The position numbers and the translations under genes are program-made. This document shows, piece by piece, positions 25,201 through 38,300 of a DNA stretch of 64,000 nt; positions within the stretch are counted from its first letter, which is position 1, and each line of letters begins with the position of its first letter. The stretch is taken from assembly GCF_009914755.1 (NCBI RefSeq), contig NC_060936.1. One strand, given 5' to 3'. The notes below the pieces were generated by a model, which saw only the letters and a list, made by a program, of their open reading frames with translations, had not been told where the DNA came from and searched no databases. The stretch is from the human T2T-CHM13v2.0 reference genome, Homo sapiens.

Positions 25201-28200
25201 CTCCATCAAAAGAAAGGTTAAACTCTGTGAGCTGAACACACACATCAAAAAGAAGTTTCTGTGAATGATTCTGTCTAGATTTTATAAGAAGATGTTTCCT
25301 TTTCTACCGTAGGCCTCAAAGCGCTTGAAATCTCCAGCTGCAAATTCCACAAAAAGGGTGTTTAACATCTGCTCTTCTAAAGGAAAGTTCAACTCTATGA
25401 GTTGAATACACACAGCACAAAGAAGTTACTGAGACTTCTCCTATCAAACATTATATGAAGAAATCCCATTTCCAACGAAGGCCTCAAAGAGGTCCAAATA
25501 TCTGCTTGCAGACTTTACAGACAGAGTGTTTCCAAACTGCTCCATCAAAAGAAAGGTTAAACTCCTTGAGTTGAACACACACATCACAAAGTAGTTTCTG
25601 TGAATGATTCTGTCTAGTTTTTATACGAAGATGTTTCCTTTTCTACCTTTGGTCTCAAAGCGATTGAAATCTCCACATGGAAACTCCACAAAAAGAGTGT
25701 TTCAAATCTGCTCTTTCTGAAGGAAGGTTCAACTCTGTGAGTTGAATACACACACCACAAATAAGTTACTGAGAATTCTTCTGTGTAACATTATATGAGG
25801 AAATCCCGTTTCCAACGAAGGCCTCAAAGAGGTCCAAATATCCACTTGCAGACTTTACAAAGACAGTGTCTCCAAACTCCTCCATCAAAAGAAAGGTTAT
25901 ACTCTGTGAATTGAATGCACACATCACAAAGTAGTTTCTGAGAATGATTCTGTCTAGTTTTTATACGAAGATATTTCCTTTTCTACATTTGGCCTAAAAG
26001 CGCTTGAAATCTCCACCTGCAAATATCACAAAAAGAGGGTTTCACATCTGCTCTGTCTAAAGGACAGTTCACCTCTGTGAGTTGAATAGAGGCAACACAA
26101 AGAACTTACTCAGTATTCTTCTTTCTAGCATTCTATGAAGAAATCCCGTTTCCAACGAAGGCCCCAAAGAGGTCCAAATATCTGCTTGCAGACTTTACAG
26201 ACAGAGTTTTTCCAAACTGCTCCATCAAAAGAAAGGTTAAACTCCTTGAGTTGAACACACACATCACAAAGTAGTTTCTGTGAATGATTCTGTCTAGTTT
26301 TTATAAGAAGATGTTTCCTTTTCTACCTTTGGTCTCAAAGCGATTGAAATCTCCACATGGAAACTCCTCAAAAAGAGTGTTTCAAATCTGCTCTTTCTGA
26401 AGGAAGGTTCAACTCTGTGAGTTGAATACACACACCACAAATAAGTTACTGAGAATTCTTCTGTGTAACATTTTATGAGGAAATCCCGTTTCCAACGAAG
26501 GCCTCAAAGAGGTCCAAATATCCACTTGCGGACATTACAAACAGTGTGTTTCCAACTGCTCCATCAAAAGAAAGGTTAAACTCTGTGAGCTGAACACACA
26601 CATCAAAAAGAAGTTTCTGTGAATGATTCTGTCTAGATTTTATAAGAAGATGTTTCCTTTTCTACCGTAGGCCTCAAAGCGCTTGAAATCTCCAGCTGCA
26701 AATTCCACAAAAAGGGTGTTTAACATCTGCTCTTCTAAAGGAAAGTTCAACTCTATGAGTTGAATACACACAGCACAAAGAAGTTACTGAGACTTCTCCT
26801 ATCAAACATTATATGAAGAAATCCCGTTTCCAACGAAGGCCTCAAAGAGGTCCAAATGTCTGCTTGCAGACTTTACAGACAGAGTGTTTCCAAACTGCTC
26901 CATCAAAAGAAAGGTTAAACTCCTTGAGTTGAACACACACATCACAAAGTAGTTTCTGTGAATGATTCTGTCTAGTTTTTATACGAAGATGTTTCCTTTT
27001 CTACCTTTGGTCTCAAAGCGATTGAAATCTCCACATGGAAACTCCACAAAAAGAGTGTTTCAAATCTGCTCTTTCTGAAGGAAGGTTCAACTCTGTGAGT
27101 TGAATACACACACCACAAATAAGTTACTGAGAATTCTTCTGTGTAACATTATATGAGGAAATCCCGTTTCCAACGAAGGCCTCAAAGAGGTCCAAATATC
27201 CACTTGCAGACTTTACAAAGACAGTGTCTCCAAACTCCTCCATCAAAAGAAAGGTTATACTCTGTGAATTGAACGCACACATCACAAAGTAGTTTCTGAG
27301 AATGATTCTGTCTAGTTTTTATACGAAGATATTTCCTTTTCTACATTTGGCCTAAAAGCGCTTGAAATCTCCACCTGCAAATATCACAAAAAGAGGGTTT
27401 CACATCTGCTCTGTCTAAAGGACAGTTCACCTCTGTGAGTTGAATAGAGGCAACACAAAGAACTTACTCAGTATTCTTCTTTCTAGCATTCTATGAAGAA
27501 ATCCCGTTTCCAACGAAGGCCTCAAAGAGGTCAAATATCTGCTTGCAGACTTTACAGACAGAGTGTTTCCAAACTACTCTATGAAAAGAAAGCTTAAACT
27601 CCTTGAGTTGAACGCACACATCACAAAGTAGTTTCTGAGAATGATTCTGTCTAGTTTTTATACGAAGATGTTTCCTTTTCTACATTTGGTCTCAAAGCTC
27701 TTGAAATCTCCAACTGGAAACTGCACAAATAGGCTGTTTCAAATCTGCTCTGTCTAAAGGAAGGTTCAACTCTGTGAGTTGAATACACACACCACAAATA
27801 AGTTACTGAGAATTCTTCTGTCGAACATTACTTGAAGAAATCCCGTTTCCAACGAAGGCCTCAAAGAGGTCCAAATATCCACTTGCAGACGTTACAAACA
27901 GAGTGTTTCCAAACTGCTCCATCAAAAGAAAGGTTAAACTCTGTGAGCTGAACACACACATCAAAAAGAAGTTTCTGTGAATGATTCTGTCTAGATTTTA
28001 TAAGAAGATGTTTCCTTTTCTACCGTAGGCCTCAAAGCGCTTGAAATCTCCAGCTGCAAATTCCACAAAAAGGGTGTTTAACATCTGCTCTTCTAAAGGA
28101 AAGTTCAACTCTATGAGTTGAATACACACAGCACAAAGAAGTTACTGAGACTTCTCCTATCAAACATTATATGAAGAAATCCCGTTTCCAACGAAGGCCT

Positions 28201-31200
28201 CAAAGAGGTCCAAATATCTGCTTGCAGACTTTACAGACAGAGTGTTTCCAAACTGCTCCATCAAAAGAAAGGTTAAACTCCTTGAGTTGAACACACACAT
28301 CACAAAGTAGTTTCTGTGAATGATTCTGTCTAGTTTTTATACGAAGATGTTTCCTTTTCTACCTTTGGTCTCAAAGCGATTGAAATCTCCACATGGAAAC
28401 TCCACAAAAAGAGTGTTTCAAATCTGCTCTTTCTGAAGGAAGGTTCAACTCTGTGAGTTGAATACACACACCACAAATAAGTTACTGAGAATTCTTCTGT
28501 GTAACATTATATGAGGAAATCCCGTTTCCAACGAAGGCCTCAAAGAGGTCCAAATATCCACTTGCAGACTTTACAAAGACAGTGTCTCCAAACTCCTCCA
28601 TCAAAAGAAAGGTTATACTCTGTGAATTGAACGCACACATCACAAAGTAGTTTCTGAGAATGATTCTGTCTAGTTTTTATACGAAGATATTTCCTTTTCT
28701 ACATTTGGCCTAAAAGCGCTTGAAATCTCCACCTGCAAATATCACAAAAAGAGGGTTTCACATCTGCTCTGTCTAAAGGACAGTTCACCTCTGTGAGTTG
28801 AATAGAGGCAACACAAAGAACTTACTCAGTATTCTTCTTTCTAGCATTCTATGAAGAAATCCCGTTTCCAACGAAGGCCCCAAAGAGGTCCAAATATCTG
28901 CTTGCAGACTTTACAGACAGAGTTTTTCCAAACTGCTCCATCAAAAGAAAGGTTAAACTCCTTGAGTTGAACACACACATCACAAAGTAGTTTCTGTGAA
29001 TGATTCTGTCTAGTTTTTATAAGAAGATGTTTCCTTTTCTACCTTTGGTCTCAAAGCGATTGAAATCTCCACATGGAAACTCCTCAAAAAGAGTGTTTCA
29101 AATCTGCTCTTTCTGAAGGAAGGTTCAACTCTGTGAGTTGAATACACAAACCACAAATAAGTTACTGAGAATTCTTCTGTGTAACATTATATGAGGAAAT
29201 CCCGTTTCCAACGAAGGCCTCAAAGAGGTCCAAATATCCACTTGCGGACATTACAAACAGTGTGTTTCCCAACTGCTCCATCAAAAGAAAGGTTAAACTC
29301 TGTGAGCTGAACACACACATCAAAAAGAAGTTTCTGTGAATGATTCTGTCTAGATTTTATAAGAAGATGTTTCCTTTTCTACCGTAGGCCTCAAAGCGCT
29401 TGAAATCTCCAGCTGCAAATTCCACAAAAAGGGTGTTTAACATCTGCTCTTCTAAAGGAAAGTTCAACTCTATGAGTTGAATACACACAGCACAAAGAAG
29501 TTACTGAGACTTCTCCTATCAAACATTATATGAAGAAATCCCGTTTCCAACGAAGGCCTCAAAGAGGTCCAAATGTCTGCTTGCAGACTTTACAGACAGA
29601 GTGTTTCCAAACTGCTCCATCAAAAGAAAGGTTAAACTCCTTGAGTTGAACACACACATCACAAAGTAGTTTCTGTGAATGATTCTGTCTAGTTTTTATA
29701 CGAAGATGTTTCCTTTTCTACCTTTGGTCTCAAAGCGATTGAAATCTCCACATGGAAACTCCACAAAAAGAGTGTTTCAAATCTGCTCTTTCTGAAGGAA
29801 GGTTCAACTCTGTGAGTTGAATACACACACCACAAATAAGTTACTGAGAATTCTTCTGTGTAACATTATATGAGGAAATCCCGTTTCCAACGAAGGCCTC
29901 AAAGAGGTCCAAATATCCACTTGCAGACTTTACAAAGACAGTGTCTCCAAACTCCTCCATCAAAAGAAAGGTTATACTCTGTGAATTGAACGCACACATC
30001 ACAAAGTAGTTTCTGAGAATGATTCTGTCTAGTTTTTATACGAAGATATTTCCTTTTCTACATTTGGCCTAAAAGCGCTTGAAATCTCCACCTGCAAATA
30101 TCACAAAAAGAGGGTTTCACATCTGCTCTGTCTAAAGGACAGTTCACCTCTGTGAGTTGAATAGAGGCAACACAAAGAACTTACTCAGTATTCTTCTTTC
30201 TAGCGTTCTATGAAGAAATCCCGTTTCCAACGAAGGCCTCAAAGAGGTCAAATATCTGCTTGCAGACTTTACAGACAGAGTGTTTCCAAACTACTCTATG
30301 AAAAGAAAGCTTAAACTCCTTGAGTTGAACGCACACATCACAAAGTAGTTTCTGAGAATGATTCTGTCTAGTTTTTATACGAAGATGTTTCCTTTTCTAC
30401 ATTTGGTCTCAAAGCTCTTGAAATCTCCAACTGGAAACTGCACAAATAGGCTGTTTCAAATCTGCTCTGTCTAAAGGAAGGTTCAACTCTGTGAGTTGAA
30501 TACACACACCACAAATAAGTTACTGAGAATTCTTCTGTCGAACATTACTTGAAGAAATCCCGTTTCCAACGAAGGCCTCAAAGAGGTCCAAATATCCACT
30601 TGCAGACGTTACAAACAGAGTGTTTCCAAACTGCTCCATCAAAAGAAAGGTTAAACTCTGTGAGCTGAACACACACATCAAAAAGAAGTTTCTGTGAATG
30701 ATTCTGTCTAGATTTTATAAGAAGATGTTTCCTTTTCTACCGTAGGCCTCAAAGCGCTTGAAATCTCCAGCTGCAAATTCCACAAAAAGGGTGTTTAACA
30801 TCTGCTCTTCTAAAGGAAAGTTCAACTCTATGAGTTGAATACACACAGCACAAAGAAGTTACTGAGACTTCTCCTATCAAACATTATATGAAGAAATCCC
30901 GTTTCCAACGAAGGCCTCAAAGAGGTCCAAATATCTGCTTGCAGACTTTACAGACAGAGTGTTTCCAAACTGCTCCATCAAAAGAAAGGTTAAACTCCTT
31001 GAGTTGAACACACACATCACAAAGTAGTTTCTGTGAATGATTCTGTCTAGTTTTTATACGAAGATGTTTCCTTTTCTACCTTTGGTCTCAAAGCGATTGA
31101 AATCTCCACATGGAAACTCCACAAAAAGAGTGTTTCAAATCTGCTCTTTCTGAAGGAAGGTTCAACTCTGTGAGTTGAATACGCACACCACAAATAAGTT

Positions 31201-32399
31201 ACTGAGAATTCTTCTGTGTAACATTATATGAGGAAATCCCGTTTCCAACGAAGGCCTCAAAGAGGTCCAAATATCCACTTGCAGACTTTACAAAGACAGT
31301 GTCTCCAAACTCCTCCATCAAAAGAAAGGTTATACTCTGTGAATTGAACGCACACATCACAAAGTAGTTTCTGAGAATGATTCTGTCTAGTTTTTATACG
31401 AAGATATTTCCTTTTCTACATTTGGCCTAAAAGCGCTTGAAATCTCCACCTGCAAATATCACAAAAAGAGGGTTTCACATCTGCTCTGTCTAAAGGACAG
31501 TTCACCTCTGTGAGTTGAATAGAGGCAACACAAAGAACTTACTCAGTATTCTTCTTTCTAGCGTTCTATGAAGAAATCCCGTTTCCAACGAAGGCCTCAA
31601 AGAGGTCAAATATCTGCTTGCAGACTTTACAGACAGAGTGTTTCCAAACTACTCTATGAAAAGAAAGCTTAAACTCCTTGAGTTGAACGCACACATCACA
31701 AAGTAGTTTCTGAGAATGATTCTGTCTAGTTTTTATACGAAGATGTTTCCTTTTCTACATTTGGTCTCAAAGCTCTTGAAATCTCCAACTGGAAACTGCA
31801 CAAATAGGCTGTTTCAAATCTGCTCTGTCTAAAGGAAGGTTCAGCTCTGTGAGTTGAATACACACACCACAAATAAGTTACTGAGAATTCTTCTGTTGAA
31901 CATTACAGGAAGAAATCCCGTTTCCAACGAAGGCCTCAAAGAGGTCCAAATATCCACTTGCAGACATAACAAACAGTGTGTTTCCCAACTGCTCCATCAA
32001 AAGAAAGGTTAAACTCTGTGAGCTGAACACACACATCAAAAAGAAGTTTCTGTGAATGATTCTGTCTAGATTTTATAAGAAGATGTTTCCTTTTCTACCG
32101 TAGGCCTCAAAGCGCTTGAAATCTCCAGCTGCAAATTCCACAAAAAGGGTGTTTAACATCTGCTCTTCTAAAGGAAAGTTCAACTCTATGAGTTGAATAC
32201 ACACAGCACAAAGGAGTTACTGAGACTTCTCCTATCAAACATTATATGAAGAAATCCCGTTTCCAACGAAGGCCTCAAAGAGGTCCAAATATCTGCTTGC
32301 AGACTTTACAGACAGAGTGTTTCCAAACTGCTCCATCAAAAGAAAGGTTAAACTCCTTGAGTTGAACACACACATCACAAAGTAGTTTCTGTGAATGAT

Positions 32400-35300
32400 T
32401 CTGTCTAGTTTTTATACGAAGATGTTTCCTTTTCTACCTTTGGTCTCAAAGCGATTGAAATCTCCACATGGAAACTCCACAAAAAGAGTGTTTCAAATCT
32501 GCTCTTTCTGAAGGAAGGTTCAACTCTGTGAGTTGAATACACACACCACAAATAAGTTACTGAGAATTCTTCTGTGTAACATTATATGAGGAAATCCCGT
32601 TTCCAACGAAGGCCTCAAAGAGGTCCAAATATCCACTTGCAGACTTTACAAAGACAGTGTCTCCAAACTCCTCCATCAAAAGAAAGGTTATACTCTGTGA
32701 ATTGAATGCACACATCACAAAGTAGTTTCTGAGAATGATTCTGTCTAGTTTTTATACGAAGATATTTCCTTTTCTACATTTGGCCTAAAAGCGCTTGAAA
32801 TCTCCACCTGCAAATATCACAAAAAGAGGGTTTCACATCTGCTCTGTCTAAAGGACAGTTCACCTCTGTGAGTTGAATAGAGGCAACACAAAGAACTTAC
32901 TCAGTATTCTTCTTTCTAGCATTCTATGAAGAAATCCCGTTTCCAACGAAGGCCCCAAAGAGGTCCAAATATCTGCTTGCAGACTTTACAGACAGAGTTT
33001 TTCCAAACTGCTCCATCAAAAGAAAGGTTAAACTCCTTGAGTTGAACACACACATCACAAAGTAGTTTCTGTGAATGATTCTGTCTAGTTTTTATAAGAA
33101 GATGTTTCCTTTTCTACCTTTGGTCTCAAAGCGATTGAAATCTCCACATGGAAACTCCTCAAAAAGAGTGTTTCAAATCTGCTCTTTCTGAAGGAAGGTT
33201 CAACTCTGTGAGTTGAATACACACACCACAAATAAGTTACTGAGAATTCTTCTGTGTAACATTATATGAGGAAATCCCGTTTCCAACGAAGGCCTCAAAG
33301 AGGTCCAAATATCCACTTGCGGACATTACAAACAGTGTGTTTCCCAACTGCTCCATCAAAAGAAAGGTTAAACTCTGTGAGCTGAACACACACATCAAAA
33401 AGAAGTTTCTGTGAATGATTCTGTCTAGATTTTATAAGAAGATGTTTCCTTTTCTACCGTAGGCCTCAAAGCGCTTGAAATCTCCAGCTGCAAATTCCAC
33501 AAAAAGGGTGTTTAACATCTGCTCTTCTAAAGGAAAGTTCAACTCTATGAGTTGAATACACACAGCACAAAGAAGTTACTGAGACTTCTCCTATCAAACA
33601 TTATATGAAGAAATCCCGTTTCCAACGAAGGCCTCAAAGAGGTCCAAATGTCTGCTTGCAGACTTTACAGACAGAGTGTTTCCAAACTGCTCCATCAAAA
33701 GAAAGGTTAAACTCCTTGAGTTGAACACACACATCACAAAGTAGTTTCTGTGAATGATTCTGTCTAGTTTTTATACGAAGATGTTTCCTTTTCTACCTTT
33801 GGTCTCAAAGCGATTGAAATCTCCACATGGAAACTCCACAAAAAGAGTGTTTCAAATCTGCTCTTTCTGAAGGAAGGTTCAACTCTGTGAGTTGAATACA
33901 CACACCACAAATAAGTTACTGAGAATTCTTCTGTGTAACATTATATGAGGAAATCCCGTTTCCAACGAAGGCCTCAAAGAGGTCCAAATATCCACTTGCA
34001 GACTTTACAAAGACAGTGTCTCCAAACTCCTCCATCAAAAGAAAGGTTATACTCTGTGAATTGAACGCACACATCACAAAGTAGTTTCTGAGAATGATTC
34101 TGTCTAGTTTTTATACGAAGATATTTCCTTTTCTACATTTGGCCTAAAAGCGCTTGAAATCTCCACCTGCAAATATCACAAAAAGAGGGTTTCACATCTG
34201 CTCTGTCTAAAGGACAGTTCACCTCTGTGAGTTGAATAGAGGCAACACAAAGAACTTACTCAGTATTCTTCTTTCTAGCATTCTATGAAGAAATCCCGTT
34301 TCCAACGAAGGCCTCAAAGAGGTCAAATATCTGCTTGCAGACTTTACAGACAGAGTGTTTCCAAACTACTCTATGAAAAGAAAGCTTAAACTCCTTGAGT
34401 TGAACGCACACATCACAAAGTAGTTTCTGAGAATGATTCTGTCTAGTTTTTATACGAAGATGTTTCCTTTTCTACATTTGGTCTCAAAGCTCTTGAAATC
34501 TCCAACTGGAAACTGCACAAATAGGCTGTTTCAAATCTGCTCTGTCTAAAGGAAGGTTCAACTCTGTGAGTTGAATACACACACCACAAATAAGTTACTG
34601 AGAATTCTTCTGTCGAACATTACTTGAAGAAATCCCGTTTCCAACGAAGGCCTCAAAGAGGTCCAAATATCCACTTGCAGACGTTACAAACAGAGTGTTT
34701 CCAAACTGCTCCATCAAAAGAAAGGTTAAACTCTGTGAGCTGAACACACACATCAAAAAGAAGTTTCTGTGAATGATTCTGTCTAGATTTTATAAGAAGA
34801 TGTTTCCTTTTCTACCGTAGGCCTCAAAGCGCTTGAAATCTCCAGCTGCAAATTCCACAAAAAGGGTGTTTAACATCTGCTCTTCTAAAGGAAAGTTCAA
34901 CTCTATGAGTTGAATACACACAGCACAAAGAAGTTACTGAGACTTCTCCTATCAAACATTATATGAAGAAATCCCGTTTCCAACGAAGGCCTCAAAGAGG
35001 TCCAAATATCTGCTTGCAGACTTTACAGACAGAGTGTTTCCAAACTGCTCCATCAAAAGAAAGGTTAAACTCCTTGAGTTGAACACACACATCACAAAGT
35101 AGTTTCTGTGAATGATTCTGTCTAGTTTTTATACGAAGATGTTTCCTTTTCTACCTTTGGTCTCAAAGCGATTGAAATCTCCACATGGAAACTCCACAAA
35201 AAGAGTGTTTCAAATCTGCTCTTTCTGAAGGAAGGTTCAACTCTGTGAGTTGAATACACACACCACAAATAAGTTACTGAGAATTCTTCTGTGTAACATT

Positions 35301-38300
35301 ATATGAGGAAATCCCGTTTCCAACGAAGGCCTCAAAGAGGTCCAAATATCCACTTGCAGACTTTACAAAGACAGTGTCTCCAAACTCCTCCATCAAAAGA
35401 AAGGTTATACTCTGTGAATTGAACGCATACATCACAAAGTAGTTTCTGAGAATGATTCTGTCTAGTTTTTATACGAAGATATTTCCTTTTCTACATTTGG
35501 CCTAAAAGCGCTTGAAATCTCCACCTGCAAATATCACAAAAAGAGGGTTTCACATCTGCTCTGTCTAAAGGACAGTTCACCTCTGTGAGTTGAATAGAGG
35601 CAACACAAAGAACTTACTCAGTATTCTTCTTTCTAGCATTCTATGAAGAAATCCCGTTTCCAACGAAGGCCTCAAAGAGGTCCAAATATCTGCTTGCAGA
35701 CTTTACAGACAGAGTTTTTCCAAACTGCTCCATCAAAAGAAAGGTTAAACTCCTTGAGTTGAACACACACATCACAAAGTAGTTTCTGTGAATGATTCTG
35801 TCTAGTTTTTATACGAAGATGTTTCCTTTTCTACCTTTGGTCTCAAAGCGATTGAAATCTCCACATGGAAACTCCACAAAAAGAGTGTTTCAAATCTGCT
35901 CTTTCTGAAGGAAGGTTCAACTCTGTGAGTTGAATACACACACCACAAATAAGTTACTGAGAATTCTTCTGTGTAACATTATATGAGGAAATCCCGTTTC
36001 CAACGAAGGCCTCAAAGAGGTCCAAATATCCACTTGCAGACTTTACAAAGACAGTGTCTCCAAACTCCTCCATCAAAAGAAAGGTTATACTCTGTGAATT
36101 GAACGCACACATCACAAAGTAGTTTCTGAGAATGATTCTGTCTAGTTTTTATACGAAGATATTTCCTTTTCTACATTTGGCCTAAAAGCGCTTGAAATCT
36201 CCACCTGCAAATATCACAAAAAGAGGGTTTCACATCTGCTCTGTCTAAAGGACAGTTCACCTCTGTGAGTTGAATAGAGGCAACACAAAGAACTTACTCA
36301 GTATTTTTCTTTCTAGCATTCTATGAAGAAATCCCGTTTCCAACGAAGGCCCCAAAGAGGTCCAAATATCTGCTTGCAGACTTTACAGACAGAGTTTTTC
36401 CAAACTGCTCCATCAAAAGAAAGGTTAAACTCCTTGAGTTGAACACACACATCACAAAGTAGTTTCTGTGAATGATTCTGTCTAGTTTTTATAAGAAGAT
36501 GTTTCCTTTTCTACCTTTGGTCTCAAAGCGATTGAAATCTCCACATGGAAACTCCTCAAAAAGAGTGTTTCAAATCTGCTCTTTCTGAAGGAAGGTTCAA
36601 CTCTGTGAGTTGAATACACAAACCACAAATAAGTTACTGAGAATTCTTCTGTGTAACATTATATGAGGAAATCCCGTTTCCAACGAAGGCCTCAAAGAGG
36701 TCCAAATATCCACTTGCGGACATTACAAACAGTGTGTTTCCCAACTGCTCCATCAAAAGAAAGGTTAAACTCTGTGAGCTGAACACACACATCAAAAAGA
36801 AGTTTCTGTGAATGATTCTGTCTAGATTTTATAAGAAGATGTTTCCTTTTCTACCGTAGGCCTCAAAGCGCTTGAAATCTCCAGCTGCAAATTCCACAAA
36901 AAGGGTGTTTAACATCTGCTCTTCTAAAGGAAAGTTCAACTCTATGAGTTGAATACACACAGCACAAAGAAGTTACTGAGACTTCTCCTATCAAACATTA
37001 TATGAAGAAATCCCGTTTCCAACGAAGGCCTCAAAGAGGTCCAAATGTCTGCTTGCAGACTTTACAGACAGAGTGTTTCCAAACTGCTCCATCAAAAGAA
37101 AGGTTAAACTCCTTGAGTTGAACACACACATCACAAAGTAGTTTCTGTGAATGATTCTGTCTAGTTTTTATACGAAGATGTTTCCTTTTCTACCTTTGGT
37201 CTCAAAGCGATTGAAATCTCCACATGGAAACTCCACAAAAAGAGTGTTTCAAATCTGCTCTTTCTGAAGGAAGGTTCAACTCTGTGAGTTGAATACACAC
37301 ACCACAAATAAGTTACTGAGAATTCTTCTGTGTAACATTATATGAGGAAATCCCGTTTCCAACGAAGGCCTCAAAGAGGTCCAAATATCCACTTGCAGAC
37401 TTTACAAAGACAGTGTCTCCAAACTCCTCCATCAAAAGAAAGGTTATACTCTGTGAATTGAACGCACACATCACAAAGTAGTTTCTGAGAATGATTCTGT
37501 CTAGTTTTTATACGAAGATATTTCCTTTTCTACATTTGGCCTAAAAGCGCTTGAAATCTCCACCTGCAAATATCACAAAAAGAGGGTTTCACATCTGCTC
37601 TGTCTAAAGGACAGTTCACCTCTGTGAGTTGAATAGAGGCAACACAAAGAACTTACTCAGTATTCTTCTTTCTAGCGTTCTATGAAGAAATCCCGTTTCC
37701 AACGAAGGCCTCAAAGAGGTCAAATATCTGCTTGCAGACTTTACAGACAGAGTGTTTCCAAACTACTCTATGAAAAGAAAGCTTAAACTCCTTGAGTTGA
37801 ACGCACACATCACAAAGTAGTTTCTGAGAATGATTCTGTCTAGTTTTTATACGAAGATGTTTCCTTTTCTACATTTGGTCTCAAAGCTCTTGAAATCTCC
37901 AACTGGAAACTGCACAAATAGGCTGTTTCAAATCTGCTCTGTCTAAAGGAAGGTTCAGCTCTGTGAGTTGAATACACACACCACAAATAAGTTACTGAGA
38001 ATTCTTCTGTCGAACATTACTTGAAGAAATCCCGTTTCCAACGAAGGCCTCAAAGAGGTCCAAATATCCACTTGCAGACGTTACAAACAGAGTGTTTCCA
38101 AACTGCTCCATCAAAAGAAAGGTTAAACTCTGTGAGCTGAACACACACATCAAAAAGAAGTTTCTGTGAATGATTCTGTCTAGATTTTATAAGAAGATGT
38201 TTCCTTTTCTACCGTAGGCCTCAAAGCGCTTGAAATCTCCAGCTGCAAATTCCACAAAAAGGGTGTTTAACATCTGCTCTTCTAAAGGAAAGTTCAACTC

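Larger units (their letters stand above)
2039..27760. repeat. Direct duplication with 14261-bp period (84 monomers): ~2039-13500 repeated at ~16300-27760
   Basis: Rare variants recur exactly 14261 bp apart: gagttcaat, cgttttcaacg (4413/18674), the 1-bp deletion ORF (5452/19713), gagttggac, catcccaaag, tcccattt (9844/24105, 11203/25464), chimeric B (10526/24787) and cattttatgagg. Confidence 0.93.
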
